Below are positions 12,171-25,315 of a stretch of 64,000 nt of DNA, one piece after another (the first letter of the stretch is position 1; each line of letters begins with the position of its first letter). This DNA comes from Camelus dromedarius (lineage: Eukaryota). The position numbers were made by a program, and so were the translations under genes. The notes beneath the pieces are model-generated. The model saw only the letters and a program-made list of their open reading frames with translations. It did no database searches and was not told the DNA's origin. The stretch spans positions 49,602,001 through 49,666,000 of the forward strand of contig NC_087436.1 of the NCBI RefSeq assembly GCF_036321535.1. Reading direction: 5' to 3'.

Positions 12171-12929
12171 GATAGAAGCTGAGTGATTTTTCTGTCTGGA
12201 TTTTTTTTTTGTCCAGTTAAACTGTCGTTAGGTATGAAATCCTTATGCCAAACATTAAATATCAGTACCCATCACTTGGCATTCACGTTTTAAGTTTGTT
12301 TTCATCATTTATTTTTAATATGGTATCAAATTATTTTTAAATAATGAAATGTGAATAGTTATCATTTATTAATTGTTACCTGTGTGTTTATCACTATGAT
12401 CTTTACAAATATTTTTGACTGATTTGATGTATGGTTTTGTTAAATTTAGAGTCACAGTTTATTCTTAGGGAGCATTTTCCTAATTGCATCATTATTAGCT
12501 GTAGTATAGTGACTCAGTTTGCAGAAACACTTGGTGGGGTGGGGTGGGGGGAAGGAAAGTTTTCTCAGAGGAATGCAATGAGAAGAAGTTGGCTGGGAGG
12601 GAAGTGGAATTGAAAGTGGCAGAGGAACAGGTGGGGCAGAGGAGAGAAAGGGAGATGCTCTATGTGAGACTGTCCTGCAAGTAGGAGGACAGTCCAGGCC
12701 TTGTGTCTTAATAATACAGAAACAGCAGAAAAGTGGTGGACCCTGAACATCAGATGTAGGCTAGGTCAGGGGAGATCTTTTTAGAAATCTTTGAGGTCTG
12801 GGTGTGTGGGATGTGCTACTTAGCTCTCCATCCCGACCCCAATCAATGCCTGTGACCCCAGAGCTGCAGCATTAATTGCTGGGGCCCCTAAAGGAACTAA
12901 AGGTTTCCCCCGCCATCAGTCTGTAGAGT

Positions 12930-14520
12930 AACATCTCTGAGATGGAATTTCAAATGAGTTGTAACTCTTAACTACCTGCGTTTATGGGTTGAGTTACATA
13001 TCCACCAAGGAGCGATGAGCACATACTGGGACAGCCATGTACGTGTGACCTGAGAGCAGAGGGTGCCAATGGCCGCAGTCTGAGGGATGGCAGCCTTTAA
13101 AGGAACAGAGGGACCAGAGCCTGCCACTGCAGTTGGAAGCGCATTCGTGGAGCCAATGGGAAAACTTGAGAGTATCGAGTTATGTAAACCAAGGAGGCAG
13201 TGGGGAATTTCAGGAAGTTAGGGTGAAGTCAGCAGGGTCAGCCTCGGCTGAGGATTTCATGAAGACAAAGGCTGAGAAGTGCATGCTGGGTTTAGTGGCA
13301 TTGAGGTCACTGGTTTCTTTGGAGTTGTTGGGAATATACGGAGGACAACATGTAAAGGAGCAACAACTAAGTGAGGAGGAGACAGCCAGGGAGGGTGGCA
13401 GTTTCGAGAAGTTTGCTTCTGAACAGATAATAGAGATAGGACAGCACTTGAAAGGAGATGTGGGGAGGACGAAAGGTTTTCTTTGGAATGAGTGAGAGTG
13501 GAGCACGTTAAGTACTGATGGGCAGCAGACAGAGTGAAAGGATGGGAGTAATTGATGGAGAGAAATCACAGAGGATATGGGAAGGGACAGAGCCAGAAAA
13601 GAAGTGAAGGGACTAACCATAGACAGGAGGAGGTTTGCCTGTGACTTTAATGGCAGAAAGAAGGATAAGAGAGTTTTTTTCTGATAGATTCTACTTTCTC
13701 TCTCTGGAGGATGCAAGGCCATCATCTGCTGTGAGTTGGGAGGAGAAAGCTGGAGGCCTGAGGAATTGTGACTCACCAGTGGGTCTTACCTTTGTCTTCA
13801 CTTTGGCATTGTCTGGACAGTCATCACAACTCCCAGACTGTACCTTAAGCAAATTACATCAGAATACATGACAGGGGAAACCCAGAATCAGTACTCTGAA
13901 TAACTTCCCAGATGATTGTTATGTGCTTCCAAGGCTGAGAACACTACTCTAAACCCTGGTTGTGTGTTGGAATCATTTGGGGGAACTTTGAAATTTATGG
14001 ATGCCTTGATCCTGCCAGCAGAGGATTTAATTGTATTGGTCTAGGATGAGGCCCAGGGATCAGGATTTCTAAAAATCTCCCCAGGAGTCTAATGTGTAGC
14101 CAGGGTTGAGAATCCTTCATGTACGTGGTGGTCAGGCAGTCTGGAGGACTCAGCAAAGATTGGAAACCTCAGGTCTGTCATGACAACAGCTTACAGAACT
14201 GAGTGATGCATGTGGCACTCAGCAGTCCTGATGTAGAATTGGGGAGAATGAAAAGTTGGATTCGTCTGAGCCCAGGGATTTGTCAGTTGTTACTCTCTTG
14301 GAAGGAAAATAGAGAAGGAGACTTGCAGATTACTGACAATAGAGGAATTTAAATGATGGATTAAGAAATGTAAGCTTAATAGGAAAGGAAGTAAAGATAT
14401 GAGGGTGTCCATAAGAAAGAAAAAAAGGGTCCTGAGGCAAGAGCTTCCTATGGGGTTGAAGGACAAATGTTAGGCAAGCAACTGCATGAAAGGGCTGGTA
14501 ATAATTATGAAGGATGATCT
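12930..14520 (-). mobile_element. L2 LINE remnant, interrupted by MER5 elements
   Basis: Purine-rich plus strand; gaagacaaaggctgagaagtgcatgctgggtttagtggcattgaggtcactggt matches antisense L2. Confidence 0.7.
13830..14115. mobile_element. Two adjacent MER5-type hAT-Charlie MITE remnants
   Basis: ttcccagatgattgttatgtgcttccaaggctgagaacact and ctccccaggagtctaatgtgtagccagggttgagaatcc are MER5A/B termini. Confidence 0.75.
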
Positions 14521-14806
14521 AAACTTGATTTCATTTTTGAACTTTTTTGTTGTTGTTTATTGACGTCACTCACATAGATAGGCTCATGCTAGAGTTACAA
14601 GTGGTGCGAAAATGAATGAACAGATAGCTATTAGAGATGATCCTTATATAAACCACTGAGCCATTTTAGGATCATATAGAGTAGCCACAGTCTGACGTTT
14701 CTGTGTGTATTTTGGAAGCGTTGACTCATATTTGGCCTTGGCATTTAGAAATGGCAGTTGTGACAGATGCCTGATTCTGATGCTGTTTTAAGAGGTTGGC
14801 CTCCTT

Positions 14807-15295
14807 TAAGATCCTGCCATTTGCAATGTGGATGAACCCGGGGGATGTTATGCTAAGTAAAATAATCTAGACACAGAAAGAAAAACCCTGCATGGTCTCA
14901 CTTATATGTTGACTCTGAAACATTTGAATATGTAGAAGCAGAGAGTGGAGCCAGTGGTTATCAGGGGCAAGATGGTGGGGGAAATGGGGAGATGTTGGTC
15001 AAAGGGTACGAAGTTGGAGTTAATGTAGGATGAGTAAGTCCAGAGATCTAATGTACAGCATGGGGACTATAGTTAATCATACTGTATTGAGGAAAATTTG
15101 CTAAGAGAGTAGATTTCAGGTGCTTTCATCACATACAAAAATGATAAATATGTGAGAAGACAGGTTAATTGGCTTGAATGTGGTGATCATTTCACTATGT
15201 ATATGTACATCAAATCATCATGAGGCCCTAATCTATACAAGTCTTATTTTAAAAATAAAACTAAAAATAAAACTTGAAACAAAACAAAACAAAAA
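14807..15295 (+). mobile_element. 5'-truncated L1MA-like 3' end with TSD
   Basis: atcctgccatttgcaa...gttatgctaagtaaaataa; A-rich tail; TSD AAGAGGTTGGCCTCCTT (14790-14806) / AAGATGTTGGCTTCCTT (15296-15312). Confidence 0.9.
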
Positions 15296-16009
15296 AAGAT
15301 GTTGGCTTCCTTCAGATAAACTCTCAGAGAAATCTCCAAGGCTTAAGATGTCTCTGAAGAGGTCTCTGTGTGGCCGTAAACAAGACTTTTAGTTGGACCA
15401 CACCTCCTCACTGTGTACCCTAAAATTGATCTCCCTTTTGGGGGTGCCTCATCTTGATGAGCTGCCTTCACCATGTGTGCCTTTTGGGGACACACTGCTG
15501 TCTTGTTTACACTTCAGCTCAAATGGTGACACTACGTTTCCCCCAAAGGCTAACAAAACAAACAAAACCTTCAGGTAATAAAGGAGAAGAAGGTGAGAAA
15601 AGACAGGAAATAAAAAGGTAAAAAATAAGTTTCCAAAGCCCAAGTTTTTGATTCTACAATAATTGAATTCTAAAATTTTGAAGAGATTGTTTGGTCTTGG
15701 TTCCACCCCTGCTTCTTCCAGGGCTTACATGGTGTATTTAACTTTATATCCTGCCACACGGAAGACGATTCTAGGGAAACGTGTGCCCTTTTGAAGCAAG
15801 TCTTAAGTGTTTGATCTAATTCCTCTGCCATTCTGGGGCTCCCCTGTTCTGTTTGGGTTTCTACTCTTACAGAGTCAATGGCAGGGCTATAGTGAGAAGC
15901 ATCCAGTTTTGGAGTGGGTCTTCCTATTGCGCAGTCACTAGGAGGTACCTTTATTCATTATAGACCAATGAATATGTGTATTAGATAACTTTAATTCATG
16001 TATATTAAT

Positions 16010-16145
16010 AATAACAGCTAATATTTATTGAGCATGACTGTGTATAAGACACAACTCTAGATAGTATCATGTAATCTTTATAACAACCCTTTATTTCACA
16101 GATGAGGATGCTAAGATAAATGTTCCTCAGGATCCTGTAAGTAGT
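16010..16145 (-). mobile_element. MIR SINE remnant
   Basis: ataataacagctaatatttattgagc...ttatttcacagatgagga. Confidence 0.7.
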
Positions 16146-16639
16146 GCACGGTTAAATTTTATTTTTGATTGGAAAATTAAAATGTCTTCTTGATAAGATG
16201 GCTAACTAACCCAGGCTGTTGACTCCCACTTCAAACCCAATATGGAAAATGTCAAGGTAGCTTGAGGAGACTGGGATTCCTGAATTAACAGAGAAACTGC
16301 CAAGAAACCCTTGAGGAGATATAATGTGGTTTCATCCAAGTATGGGATTAAAAATCCGTCTACAGCGGAGGAAGGTCAGTCATCACTGATTGACAGGCTG
16401 GGGAAGTTCTTTCTAGGTGGGTCTTTTATCCTCTCACCATATTTCCCTGAGGAATTTCCCTCTCCCACCACCACTACGAAGCACACAAAGCAAATTCTCT
16501 TGGCTAAGATGCAAGATATCAGCAAGAGGGGGTGGTCGTTTGCATTTAATACCATTTCCTGTGTTCAATCCGTGCATTCATGAATTACTAGCAGAGCCAG
16601 GTTTCCAGTTAAGGAGCCCTGCTTCCTAGTCGTCCCTCT

Positions 16640-19600
16640 CTGGGGGAGCCTAGCTTTCCCAGCAGGAAAAGACTCTACAACAAGGGCTTGATTGGGAGTA
16701 GTTTGTTTTGGGAAGTTAATTCCCAGGGCGGTAACATTCCTGCACTTCTAAGCTGTACTTACATTCATACCTAGTGGGTCTCTTTAAACACTGCCTTGGA
16801 GGCCTTCTGACCTGCGCAGCATGACTTGAGTTGATAATTAGCTAATCTGAGGTTGTCTTTTCTTTTTTCAAGGTTCCCAAGAAGCTGACAAAAGGGTTGT
16901 TAATGGGACATTATCTCCCTTTCACTTCCAGGCTGCTCTCTTGAGAGCGCCTGGCAATTCTCCGAAGTGTCCCGTGCTTCTCTGGAGTCATTGAAGCCCC
17001 AGAGCGTAAAGCAAGTGATATTTGGAGTAGCTGAGACAAGGCGCTATCAGGATTCGTTCTGTTTCCTGTTACTGCAGCGAGGACTGAAGTACAGGACAGG
17101 CCAAGGGAGTGGCACGAGGGAAGTCCAGTACCTGCTTATTTGATAGGGCCATCCATTCTGGTGCTCCTGCAGGCGCTCCCGCAGGCGCTCCCAGATGCCT
17201 GTTCTGTCCTAGAACATCAGAGCAGAAAAGGCCTTTGGGGATTTTCCTTCACCTCAGGATTTCCTGGAGTGGGGCCCTGTAGTGCATCCATGAAATGGAG
17301 CAGGACCCTGTGGGGTCCTCCCTGGTACAAATCCTTTTCGTGTCCCCCATTGCTTGTTAGTAGGGCATAGGCTTCATTCAGCCTCCTTGACCTACCCTGA
17401 GTTCCAAAGGGCAGATTCAAATAGTTGCTAATCAAGGAAGGGAGGAAATGCAGAACAAGGGAGGAAGAGGCAGGAAATAATAGTGCAGCCTTGGGACAAG
17501 GTCCTGCTTCCTCCTCAAGAAATATATATATAAGAAACAATATCTTTGAGTTCTTCTGCAGGAAGTAAGACCCTCATCCAGGTGGAGGATGGTACCTTCA
17601 GGCTGAGCACAAGATGCCTGGAGCACTGCCCTGTTACCACCATCCTGCTGCCCTTACCCCAGATTTTTCCCATAAAACTTTTCCCTCTAAACCATCAGGG
17701 AGCTCAGGTTTTTTGAGTGTGAGCTGCCTGTCCTCCTTGCTTGGCCCTGCAATATATCTTTCTCTGTTCCAAACTACCATGTTTCCGTTCATTTGGCCTC
17801 ACTGGGCATCAGGCACATGGACTTTTGTTCAGTAACATCAGTGGTCCAGATTGGACCAGTACCAACATATCAAGATAAACCATTGATGATCTCGTCCACG
17901 TTTTCCTCTTTTGCTGTTTGGGTTATACCGTTGGCAACACCACATGAGGCTTTAGGCCTTAGCTGAGAGAAAGCATTGTGCAACAAAAGTATGAGAAATA
18001 AGATTCTGGCTCAAATGTTCATAGAATTTCCTTGTACTCCCTGGACCTGCTGCACACAATACACCTAATAATGGGTCACTCCCTCATTTACCCAAACTTA
18101 TGGCTCAGCAGTTGGGGTAATGCTCAGCTTAGAATGGATAGCTTTGGTGGCATATTCACTATACCCTGTGGTCAAGGTGTTTTGCCTCTACTAAGGCTTG
18201 GTGGCAAGCCAGGAACTGCTTTTCAAATGGAGAAGAGTTCTCTGCATTGACTCTCCTCAGGAAACATACCTGACACCACGTGCAGCATCAGAACCCACCA
18301 CAGGCACCTCTAGAACCATTGGATCTGCTGTGTCATGTGGCTTCTTGGTCAGGGCAGCTTGTGCCGCAGTTAGGAACTTCTGTAATGCCGTCTCTTGCTC
18401 TGAAATCTACTCAAAACCGGCAACCTTCTGCGCCATCAGATAAATGGGTTTGAGAAGTATTCCCAAGGGCAGTGCACATTGTCTCCAACATCCAAGTAGG
18501 CTCACTGTATGCTGCACGCCCAGCCTGTGAGGTGCGAGGCCCAGTGACTTGTCCTTTATCTTACAGCGTTGGGGTGGGGTTTGGGGATGTCTTAGCTTGC
18601 TCCAGACCTTTTGACCCCTAGTATTTTGTTGGCATGGCAGGCTCACAGGTGTAGATTCTTTGGTCTCTCATTTTTAAAAAACCATTCTATTATTTCTTTT
18701 TTTTCTGAGGTTTATGACTTCCTCCTTGATCCTCTGCTAAGGCAGTTCTGATATCCCCGAACCACTTACTATAGACCAAACTTCAAGCACCACCCTAGCA
18801 CCTGACCCAGCATATTGAGACTGCTTCTAGGTTTCATTGCTAGAATGTTAACTCCTGAAACATGAATGCTTGAAGTCAGTAGATTTTCTTTCATGCAGCT
18901 TTACAGTCTAACCTCCTGGTACACAGTGCCCCCATCTCAGGCCCTGGAACGCCACTGGTTTTTCTGTCATGTCTTTGACATTGGCATATAAAAGTTATTT
19001 AACCCATGCATTCTATCTGCTCACAATTAAATCCAGGGCCTAAATTTTAGCAAAGTCTGCTTGGCAGCTGCAGGAGACAAGAGCCTCTCTAAATGCTTCC
19101 TTGGGATTCTTACGACTTATATTGTCTCTCAACTAAATGCTGGTGCTAGCTCAGTAATGGTGATGGTACAGCGTACTAAGGGTTATCAGGACTTCACCTG
19201 CTACTACAGCAATGAGGTCTTTACTGCAGTGTGTTGTTGAGTGATTCAGTTCCAAACCCATCCTGAGGGACTGCCCCCAAGGCCACTTGTTTCTTAGTCT
19301 GTGATTTACCAACAAAATGTAGTGTGAGGCAAGGTCTCTGTGTTCAGGTGGCTGAATTTGGGAAGTGATCCCAAGGGACAGAAGTGGTGTGTTAGGAACC
19401 ATGAAACAGAGAAGAGGGAAAAAGCCAGTAAAGGATGAAGTCTTGAGTCGGCCACCCCTGAGGGGACCTGGGGTTTTGTCCTACCAGGACTCTGAGAAAC
19501 CCTAGAGCATCGCCTCAGATATGTGCACTTGAGGGACAGAAGAGGGGAGTTGTGTCCACTGGATCTTGTCTTCTGCTGACGAAAGCTTTCCTCATTGGGG

Positions 19601-19800
19601 TCTGACTTCCTCACACTCTCAGGCTGCCCATGTGTGAGTGCCTGGTGGGTTTCCTGAGGGGTCCATGTTGTGCAGTGAGGTTACACCTGAGGGAAGCTGG
19701 TTGCTGCAGTTCTGACTGGATTGAAAGCTGAGCCAAGGAGCTGTAAGTTGGCCACCAGAAGTGACCAACCATACTCCCTTCTTTTTTCTAGCACTTTCCT
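16640..19800 (-). mobile_element. Ancient, internally deleted ERVL provirus remnant: LTR16-like LTRs at about 16640-17140 and 19320-19800, pol remnant between
   Basis: ORF 18407-18646(-) KIKDKSLGLAP...LLGCWRQCALPLGILLKPIYLMAQKVAGFE matches ERVL pol KVKDKLLHLAP...LFGFWRQHIPHLGVLLRPIY; both flanks carry same-orientation LTR16-like motifs (tttgggaagttaattcccagg / tttgggaagtgatcccaagg). Confidence 0.7.
17291..17837 (+). mobile_element. Younger ERV1-type solo LTR nested in the ERVL remnant
   Basis: TGAAATGGAGCAGGACCCTG...TTCAGTAACA (TG...CA); TATA-like cataaaa near 17671; degenerate poly(A) signal aatata near 17751. Confidence 0.75.
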
Positions 19801-19857
19801 CAAGTCTGGTCTTACTTTTTGGATTCTGTTCCAGGTGCCTCATCCATCTGTTTCCGT

Positions 19858-20320
19858 CATAGAATCATAAAACCTTGGAGCAGAAAGGAACCTCAGGGAA
19901 TTGTATGAGGGCTTCATTATCCAGACAATGTTACTGAGGTACAAAAATGCTCAAGAGTTCTAGCAAGTCTCACAGCAAATCTGCTACAGTCAGCCTTGGA
20001 ACCTGCGACTCTTGGTTACTCTTTGGTGCCTTGGAACTTTTAACTCCTTGGAGTCCAGGAGGCCATATAGTTGCTCTTATGTGAATCTTAATGTTCCTCT
20101 GTGTTCTTTGTTCTCTCAGAATAACTTCAGTAACCCTACTTACATTTATCCAGTACTTTACATTCCACCAAGCAGTTTCACAGATGTCAATTCATTTAAT
20201 CCTCCCAGGAACCCTATGAGAGCTGGGTTATTGTTACTTCATAGATTAAGAAATAGAAGATTAGAGATTCAGTCACTTGTCTGCTTGTGGCCTCGGTTAG
20301 AAAATAGAATTCTGTCTTCT
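19858..20320 (-). mobile_element. Two MIR remnants (about 19858-20010 and 20130-20320)
   Basis: catagaatcataaaaccttggagcagaaaggaacctcag; tcatttaatcctcccaggaaccctatgag. Confidence 0.65.
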
Positions 20321-20584
20321 GAAATAGTTGGGATTTTGTCCTCTAAATTCATTTATTACAAGCCACAGGAAAATGCTTTATAAATGCTAAAGGGTACACA
20401 CATATCAAATCATGTCCTCACTGAGCAATCTTTAATCTTTCGTGGAAATGTGCAGAGTCCAAATAGAATCTCACACAAAATAGAATCACACACACACATA
20501 CAAGCACATACCAAGAGGAGAATAATTGTTAATTTAAAATATATGAACTTCTGGTGTCATGCACAAAATAATGGTTGCTTGTGA

Positions 20585-20695
20585 TATTCATTCACTCATT
20601 CATTCAATAAAAATTACCAAGCACTTAACTGTATGCCAGGCATTGTTACTGCATTGCAGATTATAGTTAGAACAGACACAGCCTTGCTTTCAGGC
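20585..20695 (-). mobile_element. L2 3' end
   Basis: attcattcactcattcattcaataaaaattaccaagcacttaactgtatgccaggcattg. Confidence 0.8.
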
Positions 20696-22206
20696 AACAT
20701 ATTATGTATATTTAAATCCACATCATTTATGATTTGTGCCTATGGCCAGAACTCAAACTGACCTGCTGTGTATTGTGATATTTTTATTGAAGCAAAGCAT
20801 GAAAGAAAAAAAATCACTTGGTGCCTAGAACAGAGATGTGAGCCAGAATCCACATTCTTTTTATCATAGGTGATTTTCAGATTTGCTCCTCTGTGAGTAG
20901 GGAGACCAGCAGGAGGAAAGGTGGTGAAACAAAGAACTTCCATTTCCCGTGAAGAGTTCCTTCCTCACTGATACCATGATCACTTACATAAAATGGTCAT
21001 ACCCTCATCTCCATTCCTCTTAGATCGAGTTCCCAATTCTGCTCAGCCACCAATAAAAGCATTGTCCTCATTTCTAACTTTCAGCACTTGCCGGCTACTT
21101 CTGCCAGCTTGTGGTTACCTATGGAAGGCATTTTATGGACTGAAAATGCCTGGCTTAAGAAACTCCCCCCCCCCCCCAAATATGCATAGCAAAACTGATG
21201 GTAACATATGGCCCTATATTTTTTCCCTTCTTGCCAGTTCACTAAAATAAATTTACTTTCAATTTACATATTCTTGTCTGCATTTCAGAGCTTTAAAATA
21301 TATTTGTAAGGTCTGTCCTGTCTATCTTTTTCTGAGATTATGCAACAGCTTTGCATGCTGTTTAGGAAATAACAGGAACTTTTCTGATTTTCAGAATCTT
21401 TCATTTCCTAAAGAATTTAGAAAAGTTTATGAGATTAGAAAAAGAAAGGCTGGCTTATCCTTGGAAATGTAAAATTATGTAAAATGTATTGTTTCTATAA
21501 GCTTGACAGTAATATAACTCTCAAATTTAAAAGCAAATCTACTACTTATAAAACTCTAATAAAATTCTATTAGATAGATTTTGCTGTCTTTATACAATTC
21601 TGTTTGGATCCTTTAAATGAAGGCCAAATTAGTAAGAATCGTAGAAATGTGAAGGGGCTTACGGTTAATTTTTAAATGAAGGAAAAACTTACCATGGACC
21701 TTTGAGTGTGCTAACGTGGAAATAATATTATTTCATCCAGAGACAAGACTACTCTTTTGTTCTGTGAGAAAAACTGGTGGGTTCTAAGAGAATGTCTCAA
21801 AAAACTGACTTCCCTCTTCTAGGTTCCAACCTCAACTTTTCTTAAGATTTTTTCAATGGAATGTTAAATGTGAAGAGGGGTGTCCTGTAGGCAGAGTATC
21901 ATGTGCCTGTAGTGTGAGTGTTCCGGAAGTATGATGTGGAGATACCAGGCCTGCTTGTCGTCCGGATCGTACTGTGGGGAACAGAGCTGGGGCTGGGTCT
22001 TCATAAATCTGTGATAAAGCTGAGTCATCAACTTTCTTTCCTGATATTGTAACTAACCAGGCGGCTGCTTAACCATTACTAATGGTCATGAGTATGGAGT
22101 GTTGAAACTCTAAGGCTCCTTGCTTTGCCCTGAAAACCCTACAGCAGGTAATATTAGGGATACCTGTGAAGTCGCAAGTAAAGTGAGACATTTTAAGGTC
22201 TTCAGA

Positions 22207-22395
22207 AGCGTGGTTCTCAGATGGATGAAGTTTCACCTTCCAGGCAGGGGACATTTGGCTGTGCCTGGAGACATTCTAGGTTGTTACACCTGAATGAAAG
22301 GCTACTGGCATCTGGTGGGTAGAGGCGACAGATGTTGGTAAACATCTTACGGTGCACAGGATGGCAGGCTACAACAAAGAAACCTTGGTTTAGAG
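22207..22395. mobile_element. MER20 hAT-Charlie MITE
   Basis: ggggacatttggctgtgcctggagacattctaggttgttacac...gctactggcatctggtgggtagaggc. Confidence 0.85.
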
Positions 22396-25020
22396 ATTTG
22401 ATTTGATTTGTTTTTGACATTGTCATCTTCATGTCTCAAACAGCTATAGTAAAATATAAGTACAGCTTATTGTTACCAAGTAATATGTGCAAAGGCACTC
22501 CTTATGGTACACCTTCCCAGGGTTCGCCATTCCTCCCTTCTTCACCGAGACTCACATCATTCCTCGTAGTATCCCCAAATCTCGCTCCATTCCAAACATC
22601 CATTGTATCCCATTCCTGACCCGATCCCTGAGCATCATCTCAGACCTGAGTTTCATCTGAGGGGTTGGATTCAAATATGTTGTAGTTAGGAAAAAAACAA
22701 AACAAAACAAAACAAAACAAAGAAAGACACATGATTTATTTCTTTAAGCTGCAAAATGGCCTTATTGAACATGATGTGCCCATGAAGGAAGACTCTTCAA
22801 CAACACGTTACCTACAGCACCCGGGTGACTTCCGACTCCTTTTTCTTTACTGGTATTTTGCAATGTTGGGTAGGCATCCTCTGACAGAGGAAGTACATGT
22901 TGTCACCTGCCAAATGTACTGCAAACATTTGTATCTATGTCTCCATGGAAAGGAGACACAAAAATAATACATAATAAAAAATTAAGAGTGATTATCTTAT
23001 TGCAAAAGCAGAAGAATATGATAAAGTATCATATAACATTTCTTTTTTGCATAATGGAGTAGATAACTTGTAAAGTTAGAAGTAGAGTAGGATTTAGTCT
23101 CTAAATTTTCAGGCAGGTAGATATTCCTTAAATTGGTAAGAACCGTTAGAGTGCCATGGTCAGGAAAGGTGGAGTTAGTACCAAGTGAAGAACAATGTTA
23201 AGGCTGGATGCTGATTTGAAATTTTAAAAAAGTTCTACATTTAAATTATATTTAGAGAGATGGAAAGATAAGAAAGACAGTGCGGGAGTGGCCTGGCTGT
23301 GTGTATGCTCAATCATGAAGGTTTAAAAACAGTATAATTAAGCTTGCGAGCTCAGATCTCAAAGACAGTAGGCTGTCTGATTGTGGGGAAAAGTCTTATT
23401 GTGAAAGATGGAGCAGATGTTCATGCTTGTGAGACATGGCAACAGACATGTCTGATTCTGAGAGATCAATACTTTCTGATTGTGAAGTTGGACATTCCTA
23501 ATCTGATAAAGGAAAAATCTCTCACGTGGTATGGTGCTCTCTGCTCTTCTTGACAAACAAACTGCATGTCGCGTGTTATCTCTTTTCTTTTCTTTTTTTT
23601 CTTCTTTTAGGAAGGGAGACAATAAATGACGATCATATGAAACTATTCCTTTCTAGGCATTTTCACTAGAATACAACGTCCTAAAAATGCAGAGAGAAAG
23701 GAAAGAATCATGAAAGCGAAGGGTCCATTTTCCTCTGCAAATTCTTTTGGAAGGATGGTCTCACCTTCCAATCTCCAGGGCAAATCACACACTTTTTTAT
23801 TTTTCATTCCAAATTAGAATGTGTTACTCGTGTAAACCCCTTTTGATTACTTCCATCTCCACCCCAAACATTTTCCCTCAAAAGGGAAAGACAGTATATG
23901 CATAGTAGCTGGTGGAATCTTTATTTTTAATTTTACTTTAAAATTTCTCTAAGCCACTTTTGGTAATCGCCTCCTTCAGACAAACAAGCCCAGCCAATTT
24001 GCCTGGGGAAACAAGAAAAGCTTCACGTCCCGAGGACTTTCTATCTTCCATAGAGAGTTGAAATTTGGCATCACACAGGCCCGTCATAGCCAAGAAATGA
24101 AAGGATTTTCTCGTCCAATAGCTAGCTGCATTCGGAGATGTTAGCTTAATAGGAACGTGTGTGTACAGTCACTAGCACCTAAGACTGATAGGAAATGAGA
24201 CATGTCAGAGAATTCTCTCAAACATTGCTGCTGCTGCTGCTGGGTTTCTGCTAGAAAATAAATAACAAATATATTGACATGCATTTTCCTTAGAAGAGCA
24301 GCTGCACTGATCAATGCTGTTGGAGGGGCTGCCTGGCCAAGTCAGCAGTTGCGTATATGACAGTCTGAGTTGATGCCTTGTAACGCTGATGTCCTTGTTA
24401 GTCTCATTTGCCAAAGGAGAGCCCAGTTCTCCCAAATTGAATTCTCTAGGTGCTCTTCTAACCTGACACTAAAATTATATGCCATCTGGGGGGTGATAAC
24501 GAGGACCTCGCCTGTATTTTCTCATCACTGCCATTTCCTGGATTGAGCCAAGAGGGAGGCACGGGACTCCCCTGCCCTTACTCTCCTGCTCTGTTTCTCC
24601 AAACAGGCAATAAAAACGTTTTGCATAAATAAATTCCCAATCATAACTAATCATGTGGAAGCTGACAAAAGTATGTTATCTTACACTATGAAAATGCTAA
24701 TCAAAGCAGCTTGTCAATTGTTAAAGTTAATGATTTAGCTATGTAACACTCTGCCTAAATTTTGTAGGTAATTACATAATTATACACAGGTTAACACAAT
24801 CAGAAATAGTAATTGCCTCCTCAGGCTTTAAACTCTGTCAGGGTACCACAGTCCCATTCTAGAAATGATGCTCATGTCTCAGGGCTTGAGAGCCTGAGTA
24901 TAGCACAGTTATTTCACTTAGGAAAGATTTTCGTGCATCTGGGTCAAACCCTTTGAGGTTCAAGATTAGGAGACTTGTCTGTGAGAGTGCAGTCAAATCT
25001 GTTGTTAAAAACACTGTATT

Positions 25021-25315
25021 CAGACTCACAGACATAGAAAATAAACTTATGGTTACCAGGAGGGGAAGGGGGTGGAAAGGGATAAATTGGGAGTTTGAGA
25101 TTTGCAGATGCTAACTACTATGTATAAAATAGATAAACAACAAGTTTCTTCTGTATAGCACAGGGACTATATTCAATATTTTGTAGTAACCTATATAGAA
25201 AAAGAATATGAAAAGGAATATATATATATGTATATGTATGACTGAAACATTATGCTGTATACCAGAAATTGACACAACATTGTAAACTGACTATACTTCA
25301 GAAAAAAAAGAAAAG
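25021..25315 (+). mobile_element. Short cetartiodactyl-type L1 3' UTR insertion with TSD
   Basis: cagactcacagacatagaaaataaacttatggttacc...aacattgtaaactgactatacttca plus A-tail; perfect 13-bp TSD AAAACACTGTATT (25008-25020, 25316-25328). Confidence 0.92.

Noticed and set aside
13133..13776. Longest ORFs (188 aa minus, 120 aa plus) as genes
   Set aside because: They lie in an L2 remnant, have biased Ser/Leu/Pro-rich composition and show no recognisable host domain
17169..17192. GCAGGCGCTCCC tandem duplication
   Set aside because: Simple 12-bp slippage duplication inside a decayed ERV; no sign of function
17287..17841. TSD around the ERV1-type LTR
   Set aside because: Flanks TCCA and TCAG do not match well enough to call a duplication
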